Below are positions 48,583 through 57,652 of a stretch of 64,000 nt of DNA, piece by piece (within the stretch, counting starts at the first letter, position 1; each line of letters begins with the position of its first letter). A model generated the notes under the pieces. That model saw only the letters and a program-made list of their open reading frames with translations, made no database searches and was not told the DNA's origin. Source of the DNA: Bdellovibrionales bacterium (GTDB taxonomy: Bacteria > Bdellovibrionota > Bdellovibrionia > Bdellovibrionales > UBA1609); the NCBI GenBank assembly GCA_041690295.1, contig JAWLHR010000012.1:1-64000 (forward strand), written 5' to 3'. Both the position numbers and the translations under genes were made by a program.

Positions 48583-49494
48583 ATGATGATTAAGATCTGT
48601 GCCTTTTATTATTTTAAACCCCTTTCCGCTGCCGATGTGGCCCAGCTGAAAGGGGAACTGGAACTGATGGCCGCCCACCAATCCTTACGGGGCCTGGTCC
48701 TGATCGGCCGCGAGGGGATCAATTACACCATTTCGGGGCCTGATTCCGGAATTGACGCTTTTGAAGCCTGGCTGACCACTCGGCTTGAAATCGAAAATCC
48801 TCACTTCAAACACAGCTGGGCCATGAAACACCCGTTCAATGAGTTCGTGGTTAAAATCAAAACCGAGATTGTCACGTTGGGAACACCGGAATTGGTTCCA
48901 TCGGGAAAGCATGGACACATTTCGCCCAGAGAATGGCATGAAAAACTGCGAACGGGAAAGGCCATCGTCCTCGACACCCGTAATGATTATGAGGTGGAAA
49001 TCGGCAAGTTCCGAAACGCGATTGATCTTGGGATCAAAGAGTTCCGGGAGTTCCCCGAAAAACTCGCCAAGTCCGGAATCTCAAAGGACCAAGAGGTATT
49101 GATTTATTGTACCGGTGGAATCCGCTGTGAAAAAGCCATCCTCGAAATGAAGCGCCAAGGTTATGAGCGCGTGAATCAATTGGATGGCGGAATTCTGGCT
49201 TATCTGGAACAATTTCCGAATTCCGAATTCGAAGGCGAATGCTTTGTCTTCGATTACCGGGTCGCGGTTGATCAAAATCTTCAACCCACCCGCCGCTATC
49301 GCTTCTGCACCCATTGCGGCCAACCGTCGGAAACCACGATCGATTGCGCGCTCTGCGGACAAAAAGGCATTGTTTGCCGTCACTGCATTGATGCGGGAAT
49401 CAACACCTGCACCAAAAACTGCGCCAATCACGCGCGCCTCGGCCACAAATCACGCCGCCCGCACTTCCAAGAACTCCGCCTCCGCCAAAGGTAA
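48583..49494 (+). CDS. trhO: tRNA uridine(34) hydroxylase, rhodanese-domain UPF0176 family
   Basis: 'EGIN.T', 'K.EIVT', 'DTRNDYEV.IG.F', 'YCTGGIRCEKA', 'FEGECFVFD.R'. Confidence 0.88.
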   Translation: MMIKICAFYYFKPLSAADVAQLKGELELMAAHQSLRGLVLIGREGINYTISGPDSGIDAFEAWLTTRLEIENPHFKHSWAMKHPFNEFVVKIKTEIVTLGTPELVPSGKHGHISPREWHEKLRTGKAIVLDTRNDYEVEIGKFRNAIDLGIKEFREFPEKLAKSGISKDQEVLIYCTGGIRCEKAILEMKRQGYERVNQLDGGILAYLEQFPNSEFEGECFVFDYRVAVDQNLQPTRRYRFCTHCGQPSETTIDCALCGQKGIVCRHCIDAGINTCTKNCANHARLGHKSRRPHFQELRLRQR

Positions 49495-49515
49495 CCGGTC
49501 CATTTAGCCGTAGAT

Positions 49516-49548
49516 ATAAAAATGCCCGTCTGGGACGGGCATTTTTAT
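49516..49548. terminator. bidirectional intrinsic terminator
   Basis: ATAAAAATGCCCGTC-TGG-GACGGGCATTTTTAT between convergent trhO and hppA. Confidence 0.85.
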
Positions 49549-49617
49549 TGAACCGTATGAAGTTACGGCCGCTCCGTCATCAGGTGCACTGCATCCTGAA
49601 AAGGAACGGCCTCTCTT

Positions 49618-52014
49618 TTACTTCGCGGTCTTAATCCGCATTGAGTAGAACGAGCGGTAAACGAAGACCAGACCGATCACGAAGAGCACCACACCGATGG
49701 CCTGCGCGATCTCTTGCGCTTCAACCGCGATTTCCACAGCGAGCAATCCGAACAAGGTGGTGAACTTAATAATCGGATTCAAAGCCACGCTGGTCGTGTC
49801 TTTGAAGGGGTCACCCACGGTATCACCGACCACGGTCGCCGCGTGAAGATCAGTACCTTTTTCCTGAATATCGACTTCAACGTATTTCTTGGCGTTATCC
49901 CAAGCGCCACCGGCATTGGCCATGAACATGGCTTGGAACAAACCGAACACGGCGATCGAAACCAGGTAGCTGGCGAAGAATGTCGGATCGAAACACGCGA
50001 AGGCCAAGGTCAGCGAGAACAACACGCCGAAGATGTTCAGCATTCCGCTTTGAGCGTACTGCGTACAGATCTTCACCACTTCCTTGGACTTCTCAACGGA
50101 CGCGGCTTCCTGGGTGTCCAGACGAATATTCTTTTTAATGTATGCCACCGCACGGTGAGCACCGGTGGTCACCGCCTGCATGGACGCTCCCGAGAACCAG
50201 AAGATCACCGCACCACCGGTGATGATACCCAACATCACCCGCGGATCCATGAGATCCAGACGCAGATTCAAGAGCAGGATGATGGAGAAAATCATGGTGG
50301 TGGCACCGATCACCGCGGTACCGATCAACACCGGCTTGGCGGTCGCCTTGAACGTGTTACCGGCGGAGTCGTTTTCTTCAAGTAAGTGCTTACCTTTTTC
50401 GTAATTCGGCGTGAAACCGAACTGCTTTTTGATTTCGTCTTCTTTGACCGTCTCGATGGCCGAAAGCTCGAACACCGACTGGGCGTTGTCGGTCACCGGA
50501 CCATAAGAGTCAACGGCGATGGTCACCGGACCCATACCCAAGAAACCAAAAGCCAAAAGACCGAACGCGAACACGGCCGGATAAACCATGTAAGCATCAA
50601 GTCCCAATGTCGAAGTGTAGTACGAGACGAACATCAGAGCCACGATCGCGATACCTTTCCAGAACGCGGAAAAGTTACCGGCGACAAGACCCGAAAGAAT
50701 GGTCAGCGAAGCTCCGCCTTCACGGGACGCGCTCACGATTTCATTCACGTGGCGAGAATGCGAGCTGGTGAAAATTTTGGTGAATTCGGGAATCAACGCA
50801 CCCGCCAAAGTTCCGCAGGAGATGATGATCGAGAGTTTCCACCAGAGGCCATCCGGCAAATAGCCGAGCAACAAGTTGGACACGATGAAGGTCACGGCGA
50901 TGGAGATCATCGAAGTCAACCACACCAACATGGTGAGCGGGTGTTCGAAGTTGAACTTTTTCTGACCGGCGAAAATCGCCTTGGAAATTCCGGAGTTCAC
51001 CCAGTAGGAGACGATCGAGGTGAGAACCATCAAGATCCGCATGGCGAAAATCCACACGATCATTTTGGCTTGGAGATCACCGCCCGTGGACGGATTGATC
51101 ATCGGACGGCCATCGGGGCCGAAGGTCATACCGACCGCCAAAATAATGAAGGAGATCAGCGCCACACCGGTCACGCCGTAGGTTTCAAAGCCGTCCGCCG
51201 TCGGGCCGACCGAGTCACCGGCGTTGTCACCGGTACAGTCAGCGATCACGCCCGGGTTACGAATATCGTCTTCTTTGATGTTAAAGACGATCTTCATCAA
51301 GTCGGAGCCGATGTCGGCGATCTTGGTAAAAATACCACCGGCCACACGCAAGGCCGAGGCGCCCAACGACTCACCGATCGCGAAACCGATGAAGCAGGCT
51401 CCCGCCAATTCCGACGGAACGAAGAGCAGAATCACGAGCATCAAGATGAGCTCGGTACAGATCAACAAGACACCGATCGACATACCCGCGCGCAGCGGAA
51501 TGGCCATGATGTCCCAACCGTTGCCGCCGCGAAGTGAAGCGAAGGCGGTACGGGAGTTGGCGTAGTTATTAATTCGGATACCGAACCAAGCCACCATGTA
51601 GGAGCCGAGAATTCCCAGAACCGACCAAATCAAGATCAGAAGCACGCTGGAGAATTCCATGTGCCGGAGCACGAGGAAGTAGTAAATCATCGCGCCGCCG
51701 ATCAGGACCTCAAGACCGATCAGGAACTTCCCTTGCTGCAAAAGATAAGTTTTGCAGGTTTCATAAATCAGGTTCGACACATCCAACATTTTCTTATGCG
51801 CGGGAAGAGCGCGGATGCGGCTGAACTCAAACAAGCCGAACAGCATCCCGAAAATGCAAACCAGAATTCCCATATAAAGGATTGTCGTACCCGACATCAC
51901 GCCGCCGAAAACATCGAACGGAACATCGAGATTGGGCATTTTAAGATCAGCTTCCGACGCGAACGCGGGAAGGCTTAACAATGCCAACGGCAACAGACGA
52001 AACAAAATCCCCAT
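49618..52014 (-). CDS. hppA: membrane-bound ion-translocating pyrophosphatase (K+-independent type)
   Basis: 'GGIFTKIADIGSDL', 'EDDIRNPGVIADCTGDNAGD', 'GNTFKA', 'GGAWDNAKK', 'GDTVGDPFKDT'. Confidence 0.96.
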   Translation of the reverse strand: MGILFRLLPLALLSLPAFASEADLKMPNLDVPFDVFGGVMSGTTILYMGILVCIFGMLFGLFEFSRIRALPAHKKMLDVSNLIYETCKTYLLQQGKFLIGLEVLIGGAMIYYFLVLRHMEFSSVLLILIWSVLGILGSYMVAWFGIRINNYANSRTAFASLRGGNGWDIMAIPLRAGMSIGVLLICTELILMLVILLFVPSELAGACFIGFAIGESLGASALRVAGGIFTKIADIGSDLMKIVFNIKEDDIRNPGVIADCTGDNAGDSVGPTADGFETYGVTGVALISFIILAVGMTFGPDGRPMINPSTGGDLQAKMIVWIFAMRILMVLTSIVSYWVNSGISKAIFAGQKKFNFEHPLTMLVWLTSMISIAVTFIVSNLLLGYLPDGLWWKLSIIISCGTLAGALIPEFTKIFTSSHSRHVNEIVSASREGGASLTILSGLVAGNFSAFWKGIAIVALMFVSYYTSTLGLDAYMVYPAVFAFGLLAFGFLGMGPVTIAVDSYGPVTDNAQSVFELSAIETVKEDEIKKQFGFTPNYEKGKHLLEENDSAGNTFKATAKPVLIGTAVIGATTMIFSIILLLNLRLDLMDPRVMLGIITGGAVIFWFSGASMQAVTTGAHRAVAYIKKNIRLDTQEAASVEKSKEVVKICTQYAQSGMLNIFGVLFSLTLAFACFDPTFFASYLVSIAVFGLFQAMFMANAGGAWDNAKKYVEVDIQEKGTDLHAATVVGDTVGDPFKDTTSVALNPIIKFTTLFGLLAVEIAVEAQEIAQAIGVVLFVIGLVFVYRSFYSMRIKTAK

Positions 52015-52136
52015 GGAGGTCTCCTCATCAGGCGAAATTGGAAATTTAAGGTTTATAAATCAGGGCGTAAATTGAGCGAGAAATGACACTGTGTCAATTT
52101 CCAAGCCCTATGCCGCAACGGGCTAAGAGTCGGTTT

Positions 52137-53099
52137 TTAAAAAGATGTCCGAAGTTTGGGATCTTTCGCCATCCGCGCGAGCAACTCTTTATTAAGGAAG
52201 GCGCAAATCGGACCCTGGCGACCACCGGCCACGGGCTCATCATTCAATGAGGAAATCGGCAAAACTCCAAGCGTGGTGCCGACAAAGGCCGCTTCCTTCG
52301 CTTTTTTAAGATCCTCAATCCGGACATCGCCAAGGCGCACGGCTTTTAAACCCAACGTCTTTTGATTTTCTTCAGCCAGCCTCATCACCAACGACACGGT
52401 CGTCCCTTTTAAAGTGTAATCAAACTTTGGCACCACCAACTCAAAGTCCGCCGTAATGATCATCAGATTTTCCGTGGCCCCTTCCGCGAGAACACCCTCC
52501 GCGTTCGCGCAAAGCGGGATATCGTAACCTTGATCGCGGCATTCTTTTTTCATCAACACGTTCTGCAGGTAATTGAGCGATTTGATCCGGCTGTACCAGG
52601 GATCCTTGGCCCGCACCGTGCTCAAAAGAGCGCGACAGCCGTTCGTGTACTTTTCCGCCGGCGGAGAAATCATGCGCGTGATCGCGGCATAAAGCTGGGG
52701 CCCCAGTGTTTCCCTTGGATCCGGCGAAAAACCTCCCGGCCCGCGTGTCACGTACAAACGTAAAATCCCCGAATCGGCATTACATCGTCTGGCGAGTTCC
52801 ACGCAGATCGACCGAATTTGATCGATCGACCACGGCAGTTCCATACCGATCAAGCGGGCGGAGTTCTGCAACCGGTTCAAATGGGAGTCGAGGTCAAAAT
52901 AAGCGCGTTCATGAATGCGGGCGGCTTCAAAAACGCCATCACCGCGATGAAATCCATGATCATCCATCGGCACCGACATCGCCCATGGTTCTTTGAAGTA
53001 ACCGCCCAACCAGCTCGAATAAAAACCAAGGTAATTTTGCCAATGAGACTTTGGCTGATCTTTAAGCTTGGAGACCGCGCTTTCCAGTGAATCCCACAT
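52137..53099 (-). CDS. class IV PLP aminotransferase (D-amino-acid transaminase / ADC lyase-like)
   Basis: 'DDHGFHRGDGVFE', 'HLNRL..SA', 'KSLNYL.N', 'EGATEN', 'L.GTT', 'GTT'. Confidence 0.9.
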   Translation of the reverse strand: MWDSLESAVSKLKDQPKSHWQNYLGFYSSWLGGYFKEPWAMSVPMDDHGFHRGDGVFEAARIHERAYFDLDSHLNRLQNSARLIGMELPWSIDQIRSICVELARRCNADSGILRLYVTRGPGGFSPDPRETLGPQLYAAITRMISPPAEKYTNGCRALLSTVRAKDPWYSRIKSLNYLQNVLMKKECRDQGYDIPLCANAEGVLAEGATENLMIITADFELVVPKFDYTLKGTTVSLVMRLAEENQKTLGLKAVRLGDVRIEDLKKAKEAAFVGTTLGVLPISSLNDEPVAGGRQGPICAFLNKELLARMAKDPKLRTSF

Positions 53100-54004
53100 T
53101 ATCCTTTTCCTTTGGTCTTGGTCTTGTTCGGTTTGGCGTTCTTCTCAATATAATCGATGATTTCAGTGGCGACATCAATACCTGTCGCCTGTTCGATGCC
53201 CTTCAATCCTGGAGAGGAATTCACTTCGATCACGAGGGGGCCACGCCGCGAGCGGATGATGTCGACGCCGGAAATATTCAATCCCATGGCCTGGGCCGCG
53301 CTCACTGCGGTTTTTCTTTCTTCCGGCGTGAGTTTTATGCATTCAGCGGTGCCACCGCGGTGGAGATTGGAACGAAAATCACCTTCTTTCGCCTTACGGC
53401 GCATGGCCGCGACCACTCGACCGCCCACCACAAAACAACGAATATCCGACCCTTCAGCCTCTTTAATGAACTCCTGGACCAAAAAGTATTCATCGAGATC
53501 GCGAAACGCCTCAATCACGCTTTCCGCCGCTTGCTGGGTTTCGGCCAACACCACTCCTTTGCCTTGCGTCCCCTCGAGGAGTTTGATGACCAATGGCGGG
53601 CCGCCCACCAAGCGAATCAGATCGTCGGCCATTTTGGTCGAGTGAGCGAATCCGGTGACCGGCATGCCAACACCTTTTCGCGCCAGAATCTGAAGCGCGC
53701 GCAGTTTATCCCGGGATCGCGAAATCGCCACCGACTCATTCACGCAGTAAACGCCCATCATCTCAAAGTGTCGCACCACGGCCGTGCCGTAAAATGTGAC
53801 GGAAGCACCGACGCGCGGGATGATGGCGTCCATGTCGTCGAGGACCTGCATGCGATAGCGAACGCTGGGGCCCTTTGATGTGATATCCATGTAACATCGA
53901 AGAGGATCGATGACGAAAATTTCATGGCCACGTTTTTGGCCGGCTTCCACCAACCGCTTAGTGGAATACAAGTTGGGGTTTCTCGATAAAACGCCGATTT
54001 TCAT
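53099..54004 (-). CDS. rimK: RimK alpha-L-glutamate ligase (ATP-grasp)
   Basis: 'LYSTKRL.EA...RGH', 'SRDKLRALQ', '[11 protein letters not shown]', 'FRSNLHRGG', 'EVNSSPGL'. Confidence 0.96.
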   Translation of the reverse strand: MKIGVLSRNPNLYSTKRLVEAGQKRGHEIFVIDPLRCYMDITSKGPSVRYRMQVLDDMDAIIPRVGASVTFYGTAVVRHFEMMGVYCVNESVAISRSRDKLRALQILARKGVGMPVTGFAHSTKMADDLIRLVGGPPLVIKLLEGTQGKGVVLAETQQAAESVIEAFRDLDEYFLVQEFIKEAEGSDIRCFVVGGRVVAAMRRKAKEGDFRSNLHRGGTAECIKLTPEERKTAVSAAQAMGLNISGVDIIRSRRGPLVIEVNSSPGLKGIEQATGIDVATEIIDYIEKNAKPNKTKTKGKG

Positions 54005-54444
54005 TCTTCACCCCGATTGGGCGACTGAATAAAACTGCGCGAGGGGTTAATCAAGAACCGCTTTTTCAAAGCCTGCCGGCCCAAAAGCATTCGAAACCCC
54101 ATGGGGTCGCGGTTCACCAACGTCACTTCGATGGGCCAGCTTTCATCGCCAACCTGAATGCGGGTCAAAATCACCGGCCTTAAGGTGGCATGTCCCAAAG
54201 AGCTTTTCACCATCCTCTGCTCGAGCAAAGGGGCCCGAACCCGCCGGGTCTGGTTCTTTTCAAAATGAATCAGAAAGGAAACCATTGAGGTGCCATCATG
54301 ACTTTCAAGATACCTGATTTTCGTGGCGTGAAGAGCGGAAGTGCGCGCGCCGGAGTCGACTTTAACTTTGATTCGCGCGATGCCCAGATCCGGAAGCCCG
54401 ATCCACTCACGCCAACCAATTATTTTTTGTTTAGCCTTCCCCAT
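54001..54444 (-). CDS. RimK-associated retropepsin-like protease (RimB-like)
   Basis: 'IGWREW', '[13 protein letters not shown]', '[12 protein letters not shown]'; ATGA overlap with rimK. Confidence 0.88.
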   Translation of the reverse strand: MGKAKQKIIGWREWIGLPDLGIARIKVKVDSGARTSALHATKIRYLESHDGTSMVSFLIHFEKNQTRRVRAPLLEQRMVKSSLGHATLRPVILTRIQVGDESWPIEVTLVNRDPMGFRMLLGRQALKKRFLINPSRSFIQSPNRGEE

Positions 54445-54462
54445 GCGGCACCGACTATAAAA

Positions 54463-54494
54463 CGAGAAAAGGGGTGGAAACACCCCTTTTCTCG
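54463..54494 (-). terminator. intrinsic terminator downstream of the small secreted protein
   Basis: 14-bp perfect stem CGAGAAAAGGGGTG-GAAA-CACCCCTTTTCTCG, followed by TTTT on the minus strand. Confidence 0.8.
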
Positions 54495-54520
54495 CGCAAG
54501 ATAAACAATCAAGCTAAATG

Positions 54521-54748
54521 TTAGTTCGCGTCAGCTTCTTGTTTCTTTTTGCCTTTCTTAGCGGCTTTTTTAGTGGCTTTCTTCGCCATCTTTTTGCCTT
54601 TCATTTTGGTTTCTTGCGCGGGCGTTTCTTCACCCATAGCGCCGTCCATCGTCATCTCATCGCCACCGGCCATTGAGTCCATATCGTGCTCTTCGGCGAA
54701 GGCGGAAAGGCTGAGCGCGAAGATCGCGGCTAAAATCATTTTGCTCAT
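54521..54748 (-). CDS. small secreted low-complexity protein (Met/acidic segment plus Lys/Ala tail)
   Basis: AGGAGGT RBS, signal peptide ending SAFA, own terminator. Confidence 0.85.
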   Translation of the reverse strand: MSKMILAAIFALSLSAFAEEHDMDSMAGGDEMTMDGAMGEETPAQETKMKGKKMAKKATKKAAKKGKKKQEADAN

Positions 54749-54864
54749 GGATTACCTCCTTATTTTAAGATCCATATGCATTCGTACCCGTTACGATACA
54801 TAGAAAATGCTATGGAGAGGGTTCCACTTAGGCAAAAGCAAAAAGAGCCTAATGCAGAGTATTA

Positions 54865-56019
54865 CTAAAGATACTCTTTTAAACGAATTAAACGCTCCCT
54901 TTCCTCGGCCGGGATATGTATCCCGGACGTACCGGAATAGCCCGAATAAAGGGAAGCTTCCAACCGGTGATAACATGTCTTGGCGGTGGCTGTCTTAGGC
55001 GCTTTTTTCAAACAAGCTTCATAATAACTTTCATGAAGATTCCATGATCCCAACTCATCGAGAACTTCATAGGCTTTACCCAAAAGGAACATGGCCCGAG
55101 CCTGTTCGCCCGGTTGCTTAAGCAACTTAAAGTTTTGGTGTAACATCGAAGTGGCGCGAAGGTACTCCACGTCACCCGCATGATCCTTCTCGTATTGCTG
55201 AATCGAACGCGCCTTCTTGAACCGTTGCTCGACCTCGTTGAATAGCTCTTTGGCGTTTCGAAACGAAGTTCGCTTCTTTTCCTTTGACCAATCGCGCAAC
55301 GATTTTCTCCATCCCTCCCCTTGTTGGGCGATATAATAGGGCGTGGTGGATCGCTCCAGGATTTGGTCCAGTTCTCGAAGCGCTCGCCCTGGTGAGTTTT
55401 CCACCCGGATCATCAACGCCAGATACCGGCGGAGCAGGGATTCAAAGTCGAACGCATAAGTCTTTTGGAACTCTTCCGAGTCCAGTAGCGATTCCATGTA
55501 CTTTAACGCCTCTTCGTATTTACGCGTGGCTACGAGTAAATCCGCTTTTTCAATCGGCGCGAGATTAAGATTTCGTATTTCACCCAAATCCCAAGCCGCC
55601 GCGCCCCCAACAGGAGTCACCGAGTGACAACGGAAACAATGATTCAAAGTGCCTTTGGTCACACTCCGGGAGTAGTCCGCAAGCCCCACTTGCAGACTGA
55701 ACGCGGCCCGGTTGAGATCTTCTCTGAGATTCTTCAGCGAGTATTCGATCAGCAAATCATCGCCGATGAACGCCTCACCGGCTTTCGTCGGAACTTGGTG
55801 GGCGGCTTGGGCGAATTCACTGAGCAAGCCCACGATCTTTTCGCGGTTTTTCGGATCCGTGTAAGCCTTTCCGTCGTAGATGTAGGGAAGAAGTCTCTTC
55901 ACATCCGAGGCCATGCTCTGCATCTGGCCGGGCCAGGTTTTCCCCGCCTCTGGTTTACTCTTTTGGGTTTTGCATCCCGCGATGGAGATCACCAATAAAA
56001 CAACGGCCGCGAACTTCAT
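54865..56019 (-). CDS. c-type cytochrome lipoprotein (single CxxCH) with helical/TPR-like C-terminus
   Basis: Lipobox SIAGC (ATG 56019, GAAGGA upstream); 'CFRCH' after a helical region. Confidence 0.75.
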   Translation of the reverse strand: MKFAAVVLLVISIAGCKTQKSKPEAGKTWPGQMQSMASDVKRLLPYIYDGKAYTDPKNREKIVGLLSEFAQAAHQVPTKAGEAFIGDDLLIEYSLKNLREDLNRAAFSLQVGLADYSRSVTKGTLNHCFRCHSVTPVGGAAAWDLGEIRNLNLAPIEKADLLVATRKYEEALKYMESLLDSEEFQKTYAFDFESLLRRYLALMIRVENSPGRALRELDQILERSTTPYYIAQQGEGWRKSLRDWSKEKKRTSFRNAKELFNEVEQRFKKARSIQQYEKDHAGDVEYLRATSMLHQNFKLLKQPGEQARAMFLLGKAYEVLDELGSWNLHESYYEACLKKAPKTATAKTCYHRLEASLYSGYSGTSGIHIPAEERERLIRLKEYL

Positions 56020-56094
56020 AAATCCTTCTTTCGTCATTGTGCGAACACGCACTCAACGTTTACCATTTTAGAAAGTTTGGGGAGGAAAAAGCAA

Positions 56095-56985
56095 ATGAGC
56101 AATGCGCTGAATCTCGGCCGTTTGATTTTTGTCCTATTTTTAGTTTCCTGCGCCAGCGTTAAAACATTCCACATGGGGGACACAACGGACCAGTTGGCGA
56201 AAGCCCATGCCAAATCCGAGGAAATCCTTACCCATAGCGAAGAAGATTTCCGCCAAAAGAAAGATTTGATGGACAATCTGGCTAAAGCCAAAAGTTCGAC
56301 CTTCAAAGAATCCGAACAGGACCTCAAAGAACGCCTGAAACGAATGCAATCCCATCTGCAGTCCGCGCAAAGCCATCGTAAATTGATGGCGGAGACTCTA
56401 AATGAAGTCGAAAATCTCGCCCGCCAACATAAGAAAATCCCCGGCGACCAGCCCGAGTATGCGAAGGTCGAGGGCTACGTGGGCCTGTTCGAAAAAGCCA
56501 CGCAGGATTTCAACGCCGCCATCGCCGATTACTCGCGGGAGAGCAATTCCTTCGCCACCGAAGTCGCCAACCGAAAACTCTTTTTTAACTTCGAGGCCGG
56601 CGCCTTCGCCGAAAAATTGCGAAAAAGCATCGCTTCGGGCCAAACTCAAGCCGCCACCCAGGCCCAGGAGCTGAGTCGCGCGCAAAATATCTTGGAAAGT
56701 TTCGAAAGTGGCGACGCCCGTCTGGCGGCGGAACAGCTCCATCACCAAATGATCACGGCGTCCAAGCAACATGAAGCGAAGTTAACTGAACTTAAGGATT
56801 TACAATCCCAGTTTCTTAAAGTGACGGGGAACCAGGCGAAAGTGCCAAGCACCTCACCTCACTGGAAGGAAATTCAGCGATTGGTCACGGAGTTGGATCG
56901 CGCCAGTCTGGCGTTGGGGGAAATGAACAAGGAGTTCAAAACCAAAGCGGATCGCTTTCGCCAAACGGTTAAAGGGACTCCCTAG
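56095..56985 (+). CDS. coiled-coil lipoprotein, hypothetical
   Basis: GGAGG RBS, lipobox LVSC, heptad-rich sequence. Confidence 0.75.
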   Translation: MSNALNLGRLIFVLFLVSCASVKTFHMGDTTDQLAKAHAKSEEILTHSEEDFRQKKDLMDNLAKAKSSTFKESEQDLKERLKRMQSHLQSAQSHRKLMAETLNEVENLARQHKKIPGDQPEYAKVEGYVGLFEKATQDFNAAIADYSRESNSFATEVANRKLFFNFEAGAFAEKLRKSIASGQTQAATQAQELSRAQNILESFESGDARLAAEQLHHQMITASKQHEAKLTELKDLQSQFLKVTGNQAKVPSTSPHWKEIQRLVTELDRASLALGEMNKEFKTKADRFRQTVKGTP

Positions 56986-57610
56986 GTTCAATGACTTGCT
57001 TTTTTATACCGTAAACGATTTCCTCGATCACCGGGCCGAAACTTTTTTCACCTGACACCACCCGGTCGGCGAATTTGCGGCTCGGTTCCACGAAAAGATC
57101 ATGCATGGGTTTGACGTGTTTCGTGAATTGTTCGATCACGCCTTCCTTGGTGCGGCCGCGTTCGCGAGTGTCACGCTCAAGCCGGCGGCGAAAACGGAGA
57201 TCTTCTTGCGTGTCGACGAAAATGGAGAGGTCAAACTGCATACGGACTTCACTTTGCGCCAGCACCAAGGTGCCATCCACCACAACAACCGGTCGGCAGG
57301 GAAAGAAGATTTTCTCCATCAGCCGTCGATGGGTGCAAAAGTCATAACGAGGCACCCAAATGTCATTTCCAGCTTTGAGTTCGGTGAGATGCTGAACCAA
57401 GAGTTCAAATTCCAACGCGTCGGGATGGTCGAAGTTCACAGACCCGCCATCATGATCAAAGTACTCGTGCAAATCGCGGTAATAACTGTCTTGCGCTAGA
57501 ATTCCGCAAAAACCTTCGCCCAAATGAGCCTGGAGCATGCGGGCCAAGGTGCTTTTTCCGGAGCCGCTTCCACCCGCAATTCCAATGGTCATCGTGGCCG
57601 AGTGTTTCAT
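56969..57610 (-). CDS. udk: uridine kinase
   Basis: 'IGIAGGSGSGKST', 'QDSYY', 'NFDHPDA', 'RRL.RD..ERGR', 'VKPMH..FVEPS'. Confidence 0.95.
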   Translation of the reverse strand: MKHSATMTIGIAGGSGSGKSTLARMLQAHLGEGFCGILAQDSYYRDLHEYFDHDGGSVNFDHPDALEFELLVQHLTELKAGNDIWVPRYDFCTHRRLMEKIFFPCRPVVVVDGTLVLAQSEVRMQFDLSIFVDTQEDLRFRRRLERDTRERGRTKEGVIEQFTKHVKPMHDLFVEPSRKFADRVVSGEKSFGPVIEEIVYGIKKQVIEPRESL

Positions 57611-57617
57611 AAACTCC

Positions 57618-57647
57618 AACCTAGAAAATTTAAATGCTGCGTGTCAA
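57618..57647 (-). promoter_or_regulatory. sigma70-like promoter for udk
   Basis: Minus strand: TTGACA, 18 bp, TAGGTT, 7 bp, ATG. Confidence 0.55.
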
Positions 57648-57652
57648 ACACT

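Noticed and set aside
49714..51537. Long plus-strand ORFs (223 and 383 aa)
   Set aside because: Antisense shadows of the codon-biased hppA gene, with no protein-like motifs.
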